This document shows, piece by piece, positions 9,225-17,620 of a stretch of 29,336 nt of DNA (positions within the stretch are counted from its first letter, which is position 1; each line of letters begins with the position of its first letter). The DNA is from a virus (Duplodnaviria; Caudoviricetes). The position numbers and the translations under genes are program-made. The notes under the pieces are model-generated. The model was not told where the DNA came from. It did not search any database and was given only the letters and a program-made list of their open reading frames with translations. Location of the stretch: IMG/VR virus record IMGVR_UViG_3300027362_000021, positions 1-29,336 of that record, one strand, 5' to 3'.

Positions 9225-11926
9225 TCAACCTCATCATGATGGTGGTGGCGGTGGGCCTTGCGGCCCTCGCCGGCTACTTGCTGCAGAAGAAGCAGAAGAG
9301 CCTGACGCAGGCAGATGCTCCAACCACCATCGCTACACGGGGCACACCGATTCCGGTACTGCTGGGCCTGCGCCGCATAGGGCCGGTCTTCGGCTGGGCC
9401 GGAGATCGCGTCATCCGTCAAGAGAAGGTTAGCGGCGCAAAGGGCGGGCTCTTCGGTCCAACGCCGAAGCAGGACGTGTACTACGAAGCCGGTTGGCACC
9501 AGCTGTGTGTTGGACCGGCCTGGGCCCTGCACCTGATTCGCCAGCACGGCAAAGTGATCTGGAAGGGGCCCATCACCCGCGACACGCACCCCAGCGGTTC
9601 ACTGATCGACGTCGGCACTGAAGGCAAATTCCGCATCTTCTGGGGCGAGCGCACACAAGCCCTGAATACCTTCCTGGGTTCCGCCTCGCGCAACCCGGTA
9701 GTCGGCATCACGTCACGGTGGCCATACCTTTGCAGCGTGATGTGGGAAGAGAAGCGACTCGGCAACAGCCCGTCGTGGCCGTTGCTCACCTACGACCTGG
9801 AGGTCAAGCCGGAGAGCAGCGAGGCCCTGTTGCCGAGCACTCCTGCCTACTTCCCTCCTGCCCTGACACTGTCGCTGACTCCCTATGATATTGACTCCGT
9901 CGTCAACGGCGCGGAGTGGAACGGCTCGAACAACACTATTGCCGGCCAGTTCATCGTTGAAGGCGATCAGACGCAGTTCTTCCCAGGCACGTCCTGGATC
10001 AGACTCACCGGCAACACGCTTGCGGATCAAGACTTCCAGGTCAAGTTCTCAGTCGCATTCCAGAACCAAGTCTCTGCCGGACCGCCTGCAGTCTTCGAGA
10101 CGTTGACGCGCGTGTTCGTCGAAGGAGGCCTCGCAGGCGCTGACGCCAACGGCACGATCACGCCCTACATTTCGGTGGAAGACGACGGCTACAACGGCGC
10201 GCACCTGATCGCCGAACTGATCTTCGGCGTGCGTCCTGTCGGCCTCGAGCGCCCCACAAACGACTGGGACCTCACTTCGCTTGACGAACTCGGGGAGCTG
10301 CTGGAAGACGAAGACCTACGTTGCAGCATCATCTCTCGCGGGCAAAGCGTCAGAGACACGCTGGGCCAGCTCCTTCAAGACCTGGGCGTGTTCATGCCTT
10401 GTGATCCGATCACTGGCCTGATCAAGTTCACTGCGATCCGACCTCCGCTCGTCGTACGAACGATCGACGAAGACAACCTCGACCATCCAGCACCCGAAAT
10501 CCTAAACATGGTCGGCGAGACTCACGCCGACCGTCTGGTCTTCACGTTCCCGGACCGCCTGAATGCCTTCAACGACATGCCGGTCCAAATCGACGACGAC
10601 GGAAACGCCTCGTACGGAGAAAACCACAGCGCTGAAGAAGTCTCTATCGCCAGCACCTGCAATTACGGCACTGCTTCGAAAATCGCTGAGCGGCGCTCGC
10701 AGGAGATGTTGACCCATGCCTCCACGCTCACCGACCTCTTGTCAGGTCGTGACGCACGTTCTCTTTCACCAGGGGACGTGGTCACGGTTCCCGAATTCGT
10801 CGAGCAGTGCCGAGTCATCGAATCTACGCCGCGCGCGATGTCAGGTCAGGTCGGCCTCAACCTGATTCCAGACTACTACGGTGCGATCGCCTCCGCCTTT
10901 CAACCACCTCCACCAAACACTGGCGGGGGGCTGCTGCCGGCGGAACTCGACCTGGCAGTCGAGATCGTTGAGCTGCCTGAACACTTCGATCCTAACCTCG
11001 GCCAGGCGATCATCGTTCCACGCATCCGCGCGCACGCTCAGGTCTCGCGCGCGATGTTCTACCTGTCGCGCGACAACATCAGTTACACACAGATCGACTC
11101 TACTACGCAGCACCAAACCGGCGGGGATCTCGTCGACGCCCTCGCTGCCGATGGTCCGATGTATGTGAATCAGGGACCGCAGATCGACGTACTGGGCCCT
11201 GATTTCGATCTGGTGAACTCGATCATGCCGCTCTCGGATGCCGACTGGCGCCTGGGTCGAGTCATCTGCATCATCGGCAACGAGATCCTCTTCCCTCGTG
11301 ACGTGCAACTGATCATCGGCACGACCTACCGATTGATCGACGTGTTTCGAGCCCGGTTCGACACCGATCGCAGCTCCCACCTCGTAGGTGCCGACGTGTT
11401 GCTGTTCGAGAACACCGCGATCTTGGTTCTCCAGGACGTGCTGCTGCAGCCCGACGTCGATCTCTACGTGAAGGTGCCGATTCAGGCTTCAGGCGGTTCG
11501 ATCAGCCTCGCTGCCGCCACGCCTCACTCCACGCGCCTGGAAGGCAAGGGAGCGCGCCCGATCAAGCCCCGCAACCTCTACCTCACGCTCCCGTTCCCGA
11601 TGGTCCCTGCATGGGTTGCCGGCGGCGGATTCACTCTGCGTTGGCACTACGCCTCGACGGCGAGCCCGAAAACGGGTGCGGGTCAACAGCCTGCAGGGAC
11701 GGTCATCCCTTCGCCCTCCGCGGTGCAGGGAGACTTCAGAGTGGAACTGCAGAACGGAGCCACCATCATCGAATTCTTCCCTGGCACAGTAACCACGCAA
11801 GCGATCACCAATGGCAACCTCGTTGCCGGCTTTGGCTCTGAGCCCAGTTCGCTCACTGCTCGCGTCTTCAACCGCGACGGGGGCCTCGAGAGCCTTCCAC
11901 GCGAACTCAGCCTGATCAGGATCTAA
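9218..11926 (+). CDS. Tail tip / host-specificity protein (GTA gp15 / Phage-tail_3-like)
   Basis: 902 aa. Hydrophobic N-terminus followed by RGTPIPVLLG.RRIG; LSPGDVV and RARFDT...H..GA motifs. Follows NlpC/P60. Start codon uncertain (TTG 9218 or ATG 9236/9239). Confidence 0.82.
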   Translation: MVVNLIMMVVAVGLAALAGYLLQKKQKSLTQADAPTTIATRGTPIPVLLGLRRIGPVFGWAGDRVIRQEKVSGAKGGLFGPTPKQDVYYEAGWHQLCVGPAWALHLIRQHGKVIWKGPITRDTHPSGSLIDVGTEGKFRIFWGERTQALNTFLGSASRNPVVGITSRWPYLCSVMWEEKRLGNSPSWPLLTYDLEVKPESSEALLPSTPAYFPPALTLSLTPYDIDSVVNGAEWNGSNNTIAGQFIVEGDQTQFFPGTSWIRLTGNTLADQDFQVKFSVAFQNQVSAGPPAVFETLTRVFVEGGLAGADANGTITPYISVEDDGYNGAHLIAELIFGVRPVGLERPTNDWDLTSLDELGELLEDEDLRCSIISRGQSVRDTLGQLLQDLGVFMPCDPITGLIKFTAIRPPLVVRTIDEDNLDHPAPEILNMVGETHADRLVFTFPDRLNAFNDMPVQIDDDGNASYGENHSAEEVSIASTCNYGTASKIAERRSQEMLTHASTLTDLLSGRDARSLSPGDVVTVPEFVEQCRVIESTPRAMSGQVGLNLIPDYYGAIASAFQPPPPNTGGGLLPAELDLAVEIVELPEHFDPNLGQAIIVPRIRAHAQVSRAMFYLSRDNISYTQIDSTTQHQTGGDLVDALAADGPMYVNQGPQIDVLGPDFDLVNSIMPLSDADWRLGRVICIIGNEILFPRDVQLIIGTTYRLIDVFRARFDTDRSSHLVGADVLLFENTAILVLQDVLLQPDVDLYVKVPIQASGGSISLAAATPHSTRLEGKGARPIKPRNLYLTLPFPMVPAWVAGGGFTLRWHYASTASPKTGAGQQPAGTVIPSPSAVQGDFRVELQNGATIIEFFPGTVTTQAITNGNLVAGFGSEPSSLTARVFNRDGGLESLPRELSLIRI

Positions 11927-11929
11927 CTC

Positions 11930-12322
11930 ATGGCACGACCGAGTTTTGACACCATCGCAGCTACCGCGGAGCAATGGGATGCTGTAGTAGACGCCAATTT
12001 CGATCTAATTGGCGCTACTCCAGTTCCGATCGCGGTCTACGCCAACCTTGCAGCTCTGCCTGCTGCCAGCGCTTACGACGACTGCCTTGCGGTCCTGGCC
12101 GATGTTGACAGGCTCGTTGTCAGCGACAACGCCAACTGGCGGGTTGTCCCCACCGAAGCAGCTACCGTTGCGAACCTGGTGGACAACTCGACGGGAACGA
12201 GCGGCGGCAATACAATCGCTGCCGTGACCTCGATCGCTACCGCTGCGGATGCTGTTGCGACCCTGGCCGCCAAGATCAACCAGATTCTCACGTCCTTGAA
12301 GAACGCGGACGCAATCGCATGA
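11930..12322 (+). CDS. Small virion fibre-like protein
   Basis: 130 aa, Ala-rich. C-terminal VATLAAKINQILTSLKNADAIA resembles the head/tail-fibre C-terminal motif. Confidence 0.6.
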   Translation: MARPSFDTIAATAEQWDAVVDANFDLIGATPVPIAVYANLAALPAASAYDDCLAVLADVDRLVVSDNANWRVVPTEAATVANLVDNSTGTSGGNTIAAVTSIATAADAVATLAAKINQILTSLKNADAIA

Positions 12323-12681
12323 ACCTAGCTGCAATCGCAATCACGGCGGACATGATCACCGCCTTGGGCATCGCTATTCCTTCGATTCTCGCTGCGTTTG
12401 CAAGCATCCTCACATTGCTGCTCGCGAGAAAGAACGCGGTCGTTACTCAGAAAGCGGCCGAAGACAATGCCAAAACCCTCGAATTGAACGAGAAGATCCA
12501 CACGCTGGTGAACTCAGCACACAATGCAAGCCTTCTGGCGACAAAGGTCTCTGCCGATCTGCTGGCCTCTAAGGAACCCAGCAACCTGGAATACAGGCGC
12601 CTCGCGAATGACGCCGCCTCCGCTTACGCCGAGCACCAGCGCAAGCAGCACTTGGTAGACATCGGACAAAAAACTTCCTAA
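12319..12681 (+). CDS. Membrane protein, holin/lysis-module candidate
   Basis: ATGA overlap. N-terminal hydrophobic helix (ALGIAIPSILAAFASILTLLL) followed by a helical region; sits after the tail genes. Confidence 0.55.
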   Translation: MNLAAIAITADMITALGIAIPSILAAFASILTLLLARKNAVVTQKAAEDNAKTLELNEKIHTLVNSAHNASLLATKVSADLLASKEPSNLEYRRLANDAASAYAEHQRKQHLVDIGQKTS

Positions 12682-12692
12682 CAAGGAGCAAA

Positions 12693-12866
12693 ATGACCAA
12701 ATCGCTTCTTTTCTGGATTCTCATGCTGATCTGGTTGGTATTCGGATTGTGGAGCAATTGGTCCAAAATCCGTGACGACTGGAAGCCCACAGGCGGTACG
12801 CTCATGCTCTTCGTCCTGCTGCTGTTGCTGGGATGGGCAGAGTTCGGCGCCCCGTTGAAAGAATGA
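12693..12866 (+). CDS. 57-aa two-TM membrane protein (holin candidate), missing from the ORF track
   Basis: AAGGAG RBS at 12683. MTKSLLFWILMLIWLVFGLWSNWSKIRDDWKPTGGTLMLFVLLLLLGWAEFGAPLKE. Confidence 0.75.
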   Translation: MTKSLLFWILMLIWLVFGLWSNWSKIRDDWKPTGGTLMLFVLLLLLGWAEFGAPLKE

Positions 12867-12920
12867 CATGCCTCACCAACACCACGAACAGCACAGCCCT
12901 CCTACAAAGAGAGAACCAAC

Positions 12921-13169
12921 ATGCCTCGCTCTGACGAGATGAACATCCCGCTGGATCGCATCGATGCCGGCACAACCGCTGTGGCAACACTGGTCCGGGA
13001 GCTGCGCGCCTGGATCGACAACACCCCGGAACCAGGCCTGACGGCAGAACACGCCGACCTCGCCATGGCCAGGTTGGACGCGATCGCGGGCAACCTGGAA
13101 GCCGCCGGCAAGAACCCGGCTGAGCCGTTCCCGGTGATCCCGTCGCTGCCCCCGCTGCCCCCGGTCTGA
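12921..13169 (+). CDS. Hypothetical helical protein with Pro-rich tail
   Basis: 82 aa, AGAGAG upstream, GC3-rich codon usage. Confidence 0.65.
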   Translation: MPRSDEMNIPLDRIDAGTTAVATLVRELRAWIDNTPEPGLTAEHADLAMARLDAIAGNLEAAGKNPAEPFPVIPSLPPLPPV

Positions 13170-13171
13170 AC

Positions 13172-13237
13172 ATGGCCAAGCCAAAGCCCCAGCCTGAGCC
13201 GAAGCCGAAGCCGAAACCCAAGCCGCGGCCGGAGTAG
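13172..13237 (+). CDS. Putative 21-aa Pro/Lys-rich peptide
   Basis: ATG 2 nt after the upstream stop; MAKPKPQPEPKPKPKPKPRPE. Confidence 0.35.
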   Translation: MAKPKPQPEPKPKPKPKPRPE

Positions 13238-13246
13238 CCCTGCCCC

Positions 13247-13290
13247 AAAAAACGAACCCCGGAGGGTCCATGCAACCGTCCGGGGTTCGT
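13247..13290 (-). terminator. Intrinsic terminator (U-tract on - strand)
   Basis: Stem acgaaccccgga / tccggggttcgt with an A6 run on its left side. Confidence 0.65.
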
Positions 13291-13358
13291 GGCCAGGCCG
13301 GAGCCCAGCCTCCTGCCTCTCGTCTCAAGAGTCAGCACCCGAAGTGTAGCCTCTTGCG

Positions 13359-13874
13359 ATGCCGCTGACACCCCATGAATTCAAACGTCTCCTTCTGAGG
13401 CGCCTCGCCGAGCGAACTCTCGACAAGCTCAGTGCCACCGGCGACAACGCGACGCTGAGCCGCTCCTGGCGCATTTTCCCTCGCGGTGTCGACGAGATCA
13501 GCGTCGGCAACGACTACTACTGGTCGCGTTTCTACTTCCTCGGCCGAGGCGAGGTCCGGCCTCGGCAAGCGAAGCTCCTGGTCTGGTTCAAGGACCCAGC
13601 GAACGATCCCCGGCTGCGGCCCCTACCGAAGCGCCGGCACCAGGTAAAGCGCCTCACGAAGGTCCAGTTCGCACGCGCGGCCGCGCTCGATCAACTCGTC
13701 GTGCGCAAGCGTTCCGGCCCCTACGCGGGGCGCCAGGACTTCAAGGATGCCATCCGCGAGCTCAAGACGTTCCACTTGCCGGTGATCGTCAAGCAGAACT
13801 TCAAGAACTACCTACGCTCGCTGGTGCCTGGCCGGGCATCCGGCGGCAACATCGCGACAGCGCGACTTAGCTAA
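13359..13874 (+). CDS. Basic protein resembling HK97 gp10-type neck/tail-completion proteins
   Basis: 171 aa, Arg-rich. LSRSW...YYW..F...GRGEVRPRQAKLLVW...VVRKRSGP pattern. Confidence 0.55.
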   Translation: MPLTPHEFKRLLLRRLAERTLDKLSATGDNATLSRSWRIFPRGVDEISVGNDYYWSRFYFLGRGEVRPRQAKLLVWFKDPANDPRLRPLPKRRHQVKRLTKVQFARAAALDQLVVRKRSGPYAGRQDFKDAIRELKTFHLPVIVKQNFKNYLRSLVPGRASGGNIATARLS

Positions 13875-14109
13875 CCTGATTCGCGTTCTCGGCGTAGCCG
13901 GCTATGTCGATGAGGTTGTCGAGTGTCGGTTCAAAGCCATCGCGCGAGACCTTTTGCAGGATGTTCATCATGCAAACGTGTCGCGCATCGATGTGCACGC
14001 CGAGATAGGCACTCCACAGTTCCGCTGTGCGCTTGTGGTTTTCGCTGGGCGGCCCGTAACTCAATCGTCTGTTCTCAATCGCTTTACGAGCCTCTTCGAG
14101 GACATTCAC
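13867..14109 (-). CDS. DUF6378-like protein
   Basis: VLEEA...RR.SYGPP.EN..RTAELWSAYLG...VCMMNI.QKVSR...DN.IDIAGYA. GTG at 14109 overlaps the RuvC stop (alternative ATG at 14124). Confidence 0.8.
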   Translation of the reverse strand: MNVLEEARKAIENRRLSYGPPSENHKRTAELWSAYLGVHIDARHVCMMNILQKVSRDGFEPTLDNLIDIAGYAENANQVS

Positions 14110-14594
14110 TTTCGGTACTTCCATGCGATTCCTGCTGCGTCGATGACGTGTGAACGTTGTGTTTTCGGCCAATCTTTCAACTTAGCTTCGAGCTTAGGGA
14201 CGTTTCTCAAAACCTGCTTCTGGTGGATCTCCTTCTTGATCGTTCCCTTCCACTCGCTAGGGGTCACCAGTTTTATCTTCCGCACTCCTGCTCGCTGCAC
14301 TGCATTCAGCGCTGCGCCAGCTATGACTGCGATCTTGATCAGATCGTTGGGGTTCGCGCGCGCATGCGCGCTCGCGCGTGATCCGTAGCCTTTAGGCACG
14401 ATGAACGGATACTCAATGACCGCAAGCTTTATGGCATAGATTGAACAGATATGATCGATCAGGCCCTCAAGCTCCTTTGCCTGTTGTAGGAATCCCGGTT
14501 TTGACTTTGCGATGCCGAGTCCAACCAACCTATGCGTATCGACGACTGCTAGGCCGGTCGTGTCGAAATCCGGATCGATGCCGAGCACAATCAT
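14106..14594 (-). CDS. ruvC: RuvC-like Holliday junction resolvase
   Basis: MIVLGIDP, AVIE, VTPSEWKG and HVIDAAGIA catalytic motifs. Confidence 0.88.
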   Translation of the reverse strand: MIVLGIDPDFDTTGLAVVDTHRLVGLGIAKSKPGFLQQAKELEGLIDHICSIYAIKLAVIEYPFIVPKGYGSRASAHARANPNDLIKIAVIAGAALNAVQRAGVRKIKLVTPSEWKGTIKKEIHQKQVLRNVPKLEAKLKDWPKTQRSHVIDAAGIAWKYRK

Positions 14595-14597
14595 GAG

Positions 14598-14650
14598 AAA
14601 AGAACCCTGCGGTCGACCGTCACCGCCCCGGGAGATCGACGCGCAGGGTT
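14598..14650 (-). terminator. Hairpin with short U-tract immediately upstream of ruvC
   Basis: aaccctgcg(g)tcga ... tcgac(g)cgcagggtt; on the - strand it is followed by CTTTTCTC then ATG. Confidence 0.5.
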
Positions 14651-14660
14651 AGGGACGGCG

Positions 14661-15083
14661 CTACTTGGGGACGGGCGGGAACTCTTTCTGCATGGCGTAG
14701 GTCAGCCTCGCCAGCTTGGCGGCGCATTCCTGCGGCACCATGTTCTTGCAGTCCACCCTCACCACGACCTCCGCGACCACGCCATTGATCTTGGCGTTGT
14801 ACTTAACCTCGAGTGTCTCGGGACCGGCCAGGCTCTCTACACCTGAAGCCCACTGGGCCACCAGGCCTGCGGATGCTACGCAGAGCGAAGGCGCCTGCGG
14901 ATCAAGCAGGATGAAGTAGAGGTTGTTCTCGAGGTTGAACCCGCGGGTGATCATCATCGGCTTAGCGCCGCCGCCTCCGCCGGGAACATTGATCCACCCG
15001 CCTTCTCCGCCCGTGCCGCTTGTTCCATGCGGCGCTGCAGCCAGGAGAAAGGGGAGAACGAGGAGAAGAACGAGATTTCTCAC
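14661..15083 (-). CDS. Secreted/periplasmic protein with signal peptide and Gly-rich N-terminus
   Basis: AAAGGA RBS then GTG at 15083: MRNLVLLLVLPFLLAAAPHGTSGTGGEGG. 140 aa. Confidence 0.7.
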   Translation of the reverse strand: MRNLVLLLVLPFLLAAAPHGTSGTGGEGGWINVPGGGGGAKPMMITRGFNLENNLYFILLDPQAPSLCVASAGLVAQWASGVESLAGPETLEVKYNAKINGVVAEVVVRVDCKNMVPQECAAKLARLTYAMQKEFPPVPK

Positions 15084-15153
15084 GTCATTCCTTTTGTTGA
15101 AGTTACGGGGCAGGTTGAACAGGCCGCCGTGAGGGGGACTCACGACGACGGTT

Positions 15154-15318
15154 TCAGTCGTCATCGAACAAAACCCTCAAAAGGTCATCCAAAAGGGATA
15201 CCAACTGTTGGTGCTTCGTGCTTGGCGAAGCGCGGTAGTTCTCGCGCAGCAGCTGCAAGCGCTCGCGTTGGCGCCTGCTGTACTTCTCGATCAACTCGAT
15301 TACTTCGTCTTGGTTCAT
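15154..15318 (-). CDS. 54-aa hypothetical protein (not in track)
   Basis: MNQDEVIELIEKYSRRQRERLQLLRENYRASPSTKHQQLVSLLDDLLRVLFDDD; fills a gap in the - strand cluster. Confidence 0.55.
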   Translation of the reverse strand: MNQDEVIELIEKYSRRQRERLQLLRENYRASPSTKHQQLVSLLDDLLRVLFDDD

Positions 15319-15348
15319 CGCACCACATCTTCAAAAGCCAGTGTCTTC

Positions 15349-15645
15349 TCATGGTACCCGTTTGGCTAGCAGCTTCTCTAGCTTCTCGCGGATTCGAATT
15401 GTTGCCGCAGTTGCTGCGTTGAGCCAACCTTCTTGCGTTTGCACGATAACCAGCAGTGCGTGGCAACGGGTGAGGTAGATCTTCTCCACCGCGGGGACAT
15501 CCAGGTACTCGGCGCAGACGTCGCATGTCCAGTAGTACAAGACCGGAGCATGGATCTTGTCCAGGACAATTCTACCGTTCTCGAGAAGGATCTGATCGTG
15601 CCTTGTCAAGGAGGGATGCGGGCAGCGCTTAGGTGGCTCTGACAT
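15349..15645 (-). CDS. Hypothetical protein with Cys/His motifs (C.H...CDVC)
   Basis: 98 aa ORF tiled within the - strand cluster. Confidence 0.6.
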   Translation of the reverse strand: MSEPPKRCPHPSLTRHDQILLENGRIVLDKIHAPVLYYWTCDVCAEYLDVPAVEKIYLTRCHALLVIVQTQEGWLNAATAATIRIREKLEKLLAKRVP

Positions 15646-15805
15646 TTTTCACCGCAACCCATTCCGCCGCAGCCGCCTCGAGTAGTGCACGTGCAGCTTC
15701 TTCGCGTGAAACCTTCCAATCCTTCGCGCACTGGTCGAGGTTCCGCGATGTGTCAGGAGTCAGATTCAAAGTCAGCTTGACGTGGGGCTGGGGTTTGGGC
15801 TTCAT
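15629..15805 (-). CDS. Ribbon-helix-helix-like small DNA-binding protein (not in track)
   Basis: GGAG RBS. MKPKPQPHVKLTLNLTPDTSRNLDQCAKDWKVSREEAARALLEAAAAEW: alternating beta strand, helix, turn, S-R-E-E helix. Confidence 0.6.
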   Translation of the reverse strand: MKPKPQPHVKLTLNLTPDTSRNLDQCAKDWKVSREEAARALLEAAAAEWVAVKNVRAT

Positions 15806-15842
15806 CTTCGAAACTCCACGATGGAAAACTCGTCTTTGTTGG

Positions 15843-16061
15843 TCAATGTAATCCGGTTACCTGGTCCTCGTGGGGTAGCTTTTTGGTAATTGGCCGCCAA
15901 TCCTCCAAAATGTGCCAGTGTGGGCTATCTGGCTCGTCATAATGTTCGAGAATCCTGTGCACCTGTTTACTAGCTTCGTTTTCGGTGCCGGTGAAGAGTT
16001 CGACGTGGATCACGCCGCCCGCGAGGACGACAAGAGTGTATTTTCTTTTTTTGATGGTCAT
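15843..16061 (-). CDS. Hypothetical protein
   Basis: 72 aa ORF tiled with its neighbours. Confidence 0.6.
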   Translation of the reverse strand: MTIKKRKYTLVVLAGGVIHVELFTGTENEASKQVHRILEHYDEPDSPHWHILEDWRPITKKLPHEDQVTGLH

Positions 16062-16086
16062 GGTTGCTGCGGGTTAGTGGGCGCCG

Positions 16087-16410
16087 CTAGGGATGGTTGG
16101 CAGTCGAGGGGTTCCTAGCGGCGCCCGGTGTATCAATTTCTGCGAGGCGGCGCTCCAAGTCGTCGAGGCCGCATGGACACTCGTCGTCGTGCGTCAGATG
16201 GCCCGCCTGGTACCGCACAATCTCCTCCAGCAGCCGGATGCGGGCGATGAGGGCAAGTTCTCGCCGCTGCTCGGCGAAGCCGGTAGGCATGCGCCCGACG
16301 AGCTTCTGCAAGCTGGCTTCGCGCTGCTCCACTTCGGCGCAGCTCGCGGGGCGGACGGGCGTGGTTATCGGCGCTTCGGCTAACTCGGGGTACTCGTATT
16401 TGTCGCTCAT
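16087..16410 (-). CDS. Hypothetical protein
   Basis: Start MSDKYEYPEL at 16410 (GAAAGA upstream); 107 aa with H.H...C.C motif. Confidence 0.6.
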   Translation of the reverse strand: MSDKYEYPELAEAPITTPVRPASCAEVEQREASLQKLVGRMPTGFAEQRRELALIARIRLLEEIVRYQAGHLTHDDECPCGLDDLERRLAEIDTPGAARNPSTANHP

Positions 16411-16432
16411 GTTCTTTCGTGTCGCTGTGGGG

Positions 16433-16537
16433 TCATATCGAGAAATACCCGCTATCGTCATCCGGCACGTCGCAGAACAGGATGACAACCAGCGTCAAGG
16501 AACAATAGACGATTGTCACGATCATCTCCAGGCTCAT
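16433..16537 (-). CDS. 34-aa single-TM peptide
   Basis: ATGA overlap with the upstream stop, GGAGG upstream; MSLEMIVTIVYCSLTLVVILFCDVPDDDSGYFSI. Confidence 0.4.
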   Translation of the reverse strand: MSLEMIVTIVYCSLTLVVILFCDVPDDDSGYFSI

Positions 16538-17001
16538 TTCGCTTCCTCCCAACGCCGCAATGCGGAACGGCCCTGCTGGCACCATGCGGCATGCTGCGCG
16601 TCATCCGGATTCCTATGCAGCTTCGGGTCCTCAGACACGCACCAGCACGGCATGCAACCCGAAGGCTGCCAATCTGCGTTCGTTCGCAGCGCCGCCGCCA
16701 GCTCGTCGGCGAGCGCCAGCGCTTCTAGTTCCTGGTCCTCCGCCACCGCCGCGTGCGCCAGGGCCGCGGTGAGTCCGTTAGCTCGCTCCGCAGCCTTACC
16801 TTCCCAGAAAGCCGATTCACTCTCCGCCTTCACCACCCTCTCCCGCGCGGCGGTGAGCTGGGCGTGCAGGCGGTCGCGGCAGCCGTGTAGCTCAGCACTC
16901 TTACACTGCCACGTCACGCCGTCGGGCCGCACCAGGAATGCGGATTTGGTCTCGCCGCACCACAGGCACACAGGCACGGGCTTCGTCTCGGGGGCAGTCA
17001 T
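16534..17001 (-). CDS. Cys-rich (putative Zn-binding) coiled-coil protein
   Basis: ATGA overlap at 16998-17001. CLWC...C.....C at the N-terminus and PCWC...H...C at the C-terminus. Confidence 0.65.
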   Translation of the reverse strand: MTAPETKPVPVCLWCGETKSAFLVRPDGVTWQCKSAELHGCRDRLHAQLTAARERVVKAESESAFWEGKAAERANGLTAALAHAAVAEDQELEALALADELAAALRTNADWQPSGCMPCWCVSEDPKLHRNPDDAQHAAWCQQGRSALRRWEEAK

Positions 17002-17285
17002 TGCGTGCTCGGTTTCTCTTCCGCATGTCCAGGTTGCACGTGCCATCCGAGCTTGGCTTTCGCTTCGAACAGGTCGCGCGCGAACGACAGCTTCACCTGG
17101 CTCAGCTCGTCGTAGCGGAAACCCTCCGGGTCATCTCGGCAGTCGATGACCTGACCGAACCGCACCGCTACACCATCCTCGCATTCTACGCTCAGGGCCA
17201 GGCCCATCGGGTGCAGCACCTTGCGGTTTACTTCCTGCAGCAAACCGAGGGCGCGGAACTCTTCGACGCTAAGCGTTTTGGTCAT
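16998..17285 (-). CDS. Conserved phage hypothetical protein
   Basis: GLLQEVNRKVLHPMGLAL motif recurrent in phage small proteins; ATGA coupling at both ends. Confidence 0.7.
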   Translation of the reverse strand: MTKTLSVEEFRALGLLQEVNRKVLHPMGLALSVECEDGVAVRFGQVIDCRDDPEGFRYDELSQVKLSFARDLFEAKAKLGWHVQPGHAEEKPSTQ

Positions 17286-17620
17286 GTCCAGCCTCTACCG
17301 CTGCAGTCGATACACAACTGCGAACCGTAGGTTATTGTCTCTCGCTGGATGCGTAATATTTCGCGGCCGGAGCCGCGGCATGTTTCGCATCTCACCGCTA
17401 CGCGCGGGAACACCGCACGCAGTTTTTCATCTAGTGCGCGCCGCAGTTCGTCCCGCTGGACTGTCAGTTCAACAATTTGACAGCTGAGGCTACTGCATTT
17501 GTTGCGCCATTCGCTGGCATAATTGTAGATGGCCCAGACCAGATCATCGAAGCCTTTGCCGCTGTCCCTCCAATTATTGACCAAATCCTTGCAGTCTTTG
17601 GGGGTCAGTGGAGTGTTCAT
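17282..17620 (-). CDS. Protein with DnaJ-type zinc-finger motifs
   Basis: TGATG overlap start at 17620. CETCRGSG...CIDCSGRG (CxxCxGxG x2). Confidence 0.7.
   Translation of the reverse strand: MNTPLTPKDCKDLVNNWRDSGKGFDDLVWAIYNYASEWRNKCSSLSCQIVELTVQRDELRRALDEKLRAVFPRVAVRCETCRGSGREILRIQRETITYGSQLCIDCSGRGWT

Noticed and set aside
4181-12322. Diversity-generating retroelement acting on tail proteins
   Set aside because: No reverse transcriptase and no TR/VR pair differing at adenines seen in the window.
16097-17149. 350-aa + strand ORF, and the many long antisense ORFs over the TMP and tail genes
   Set aside because: Shadow ORFs of GC-rich coding on the opposite strand; the - strand genes here tile with start/stop overlaps.
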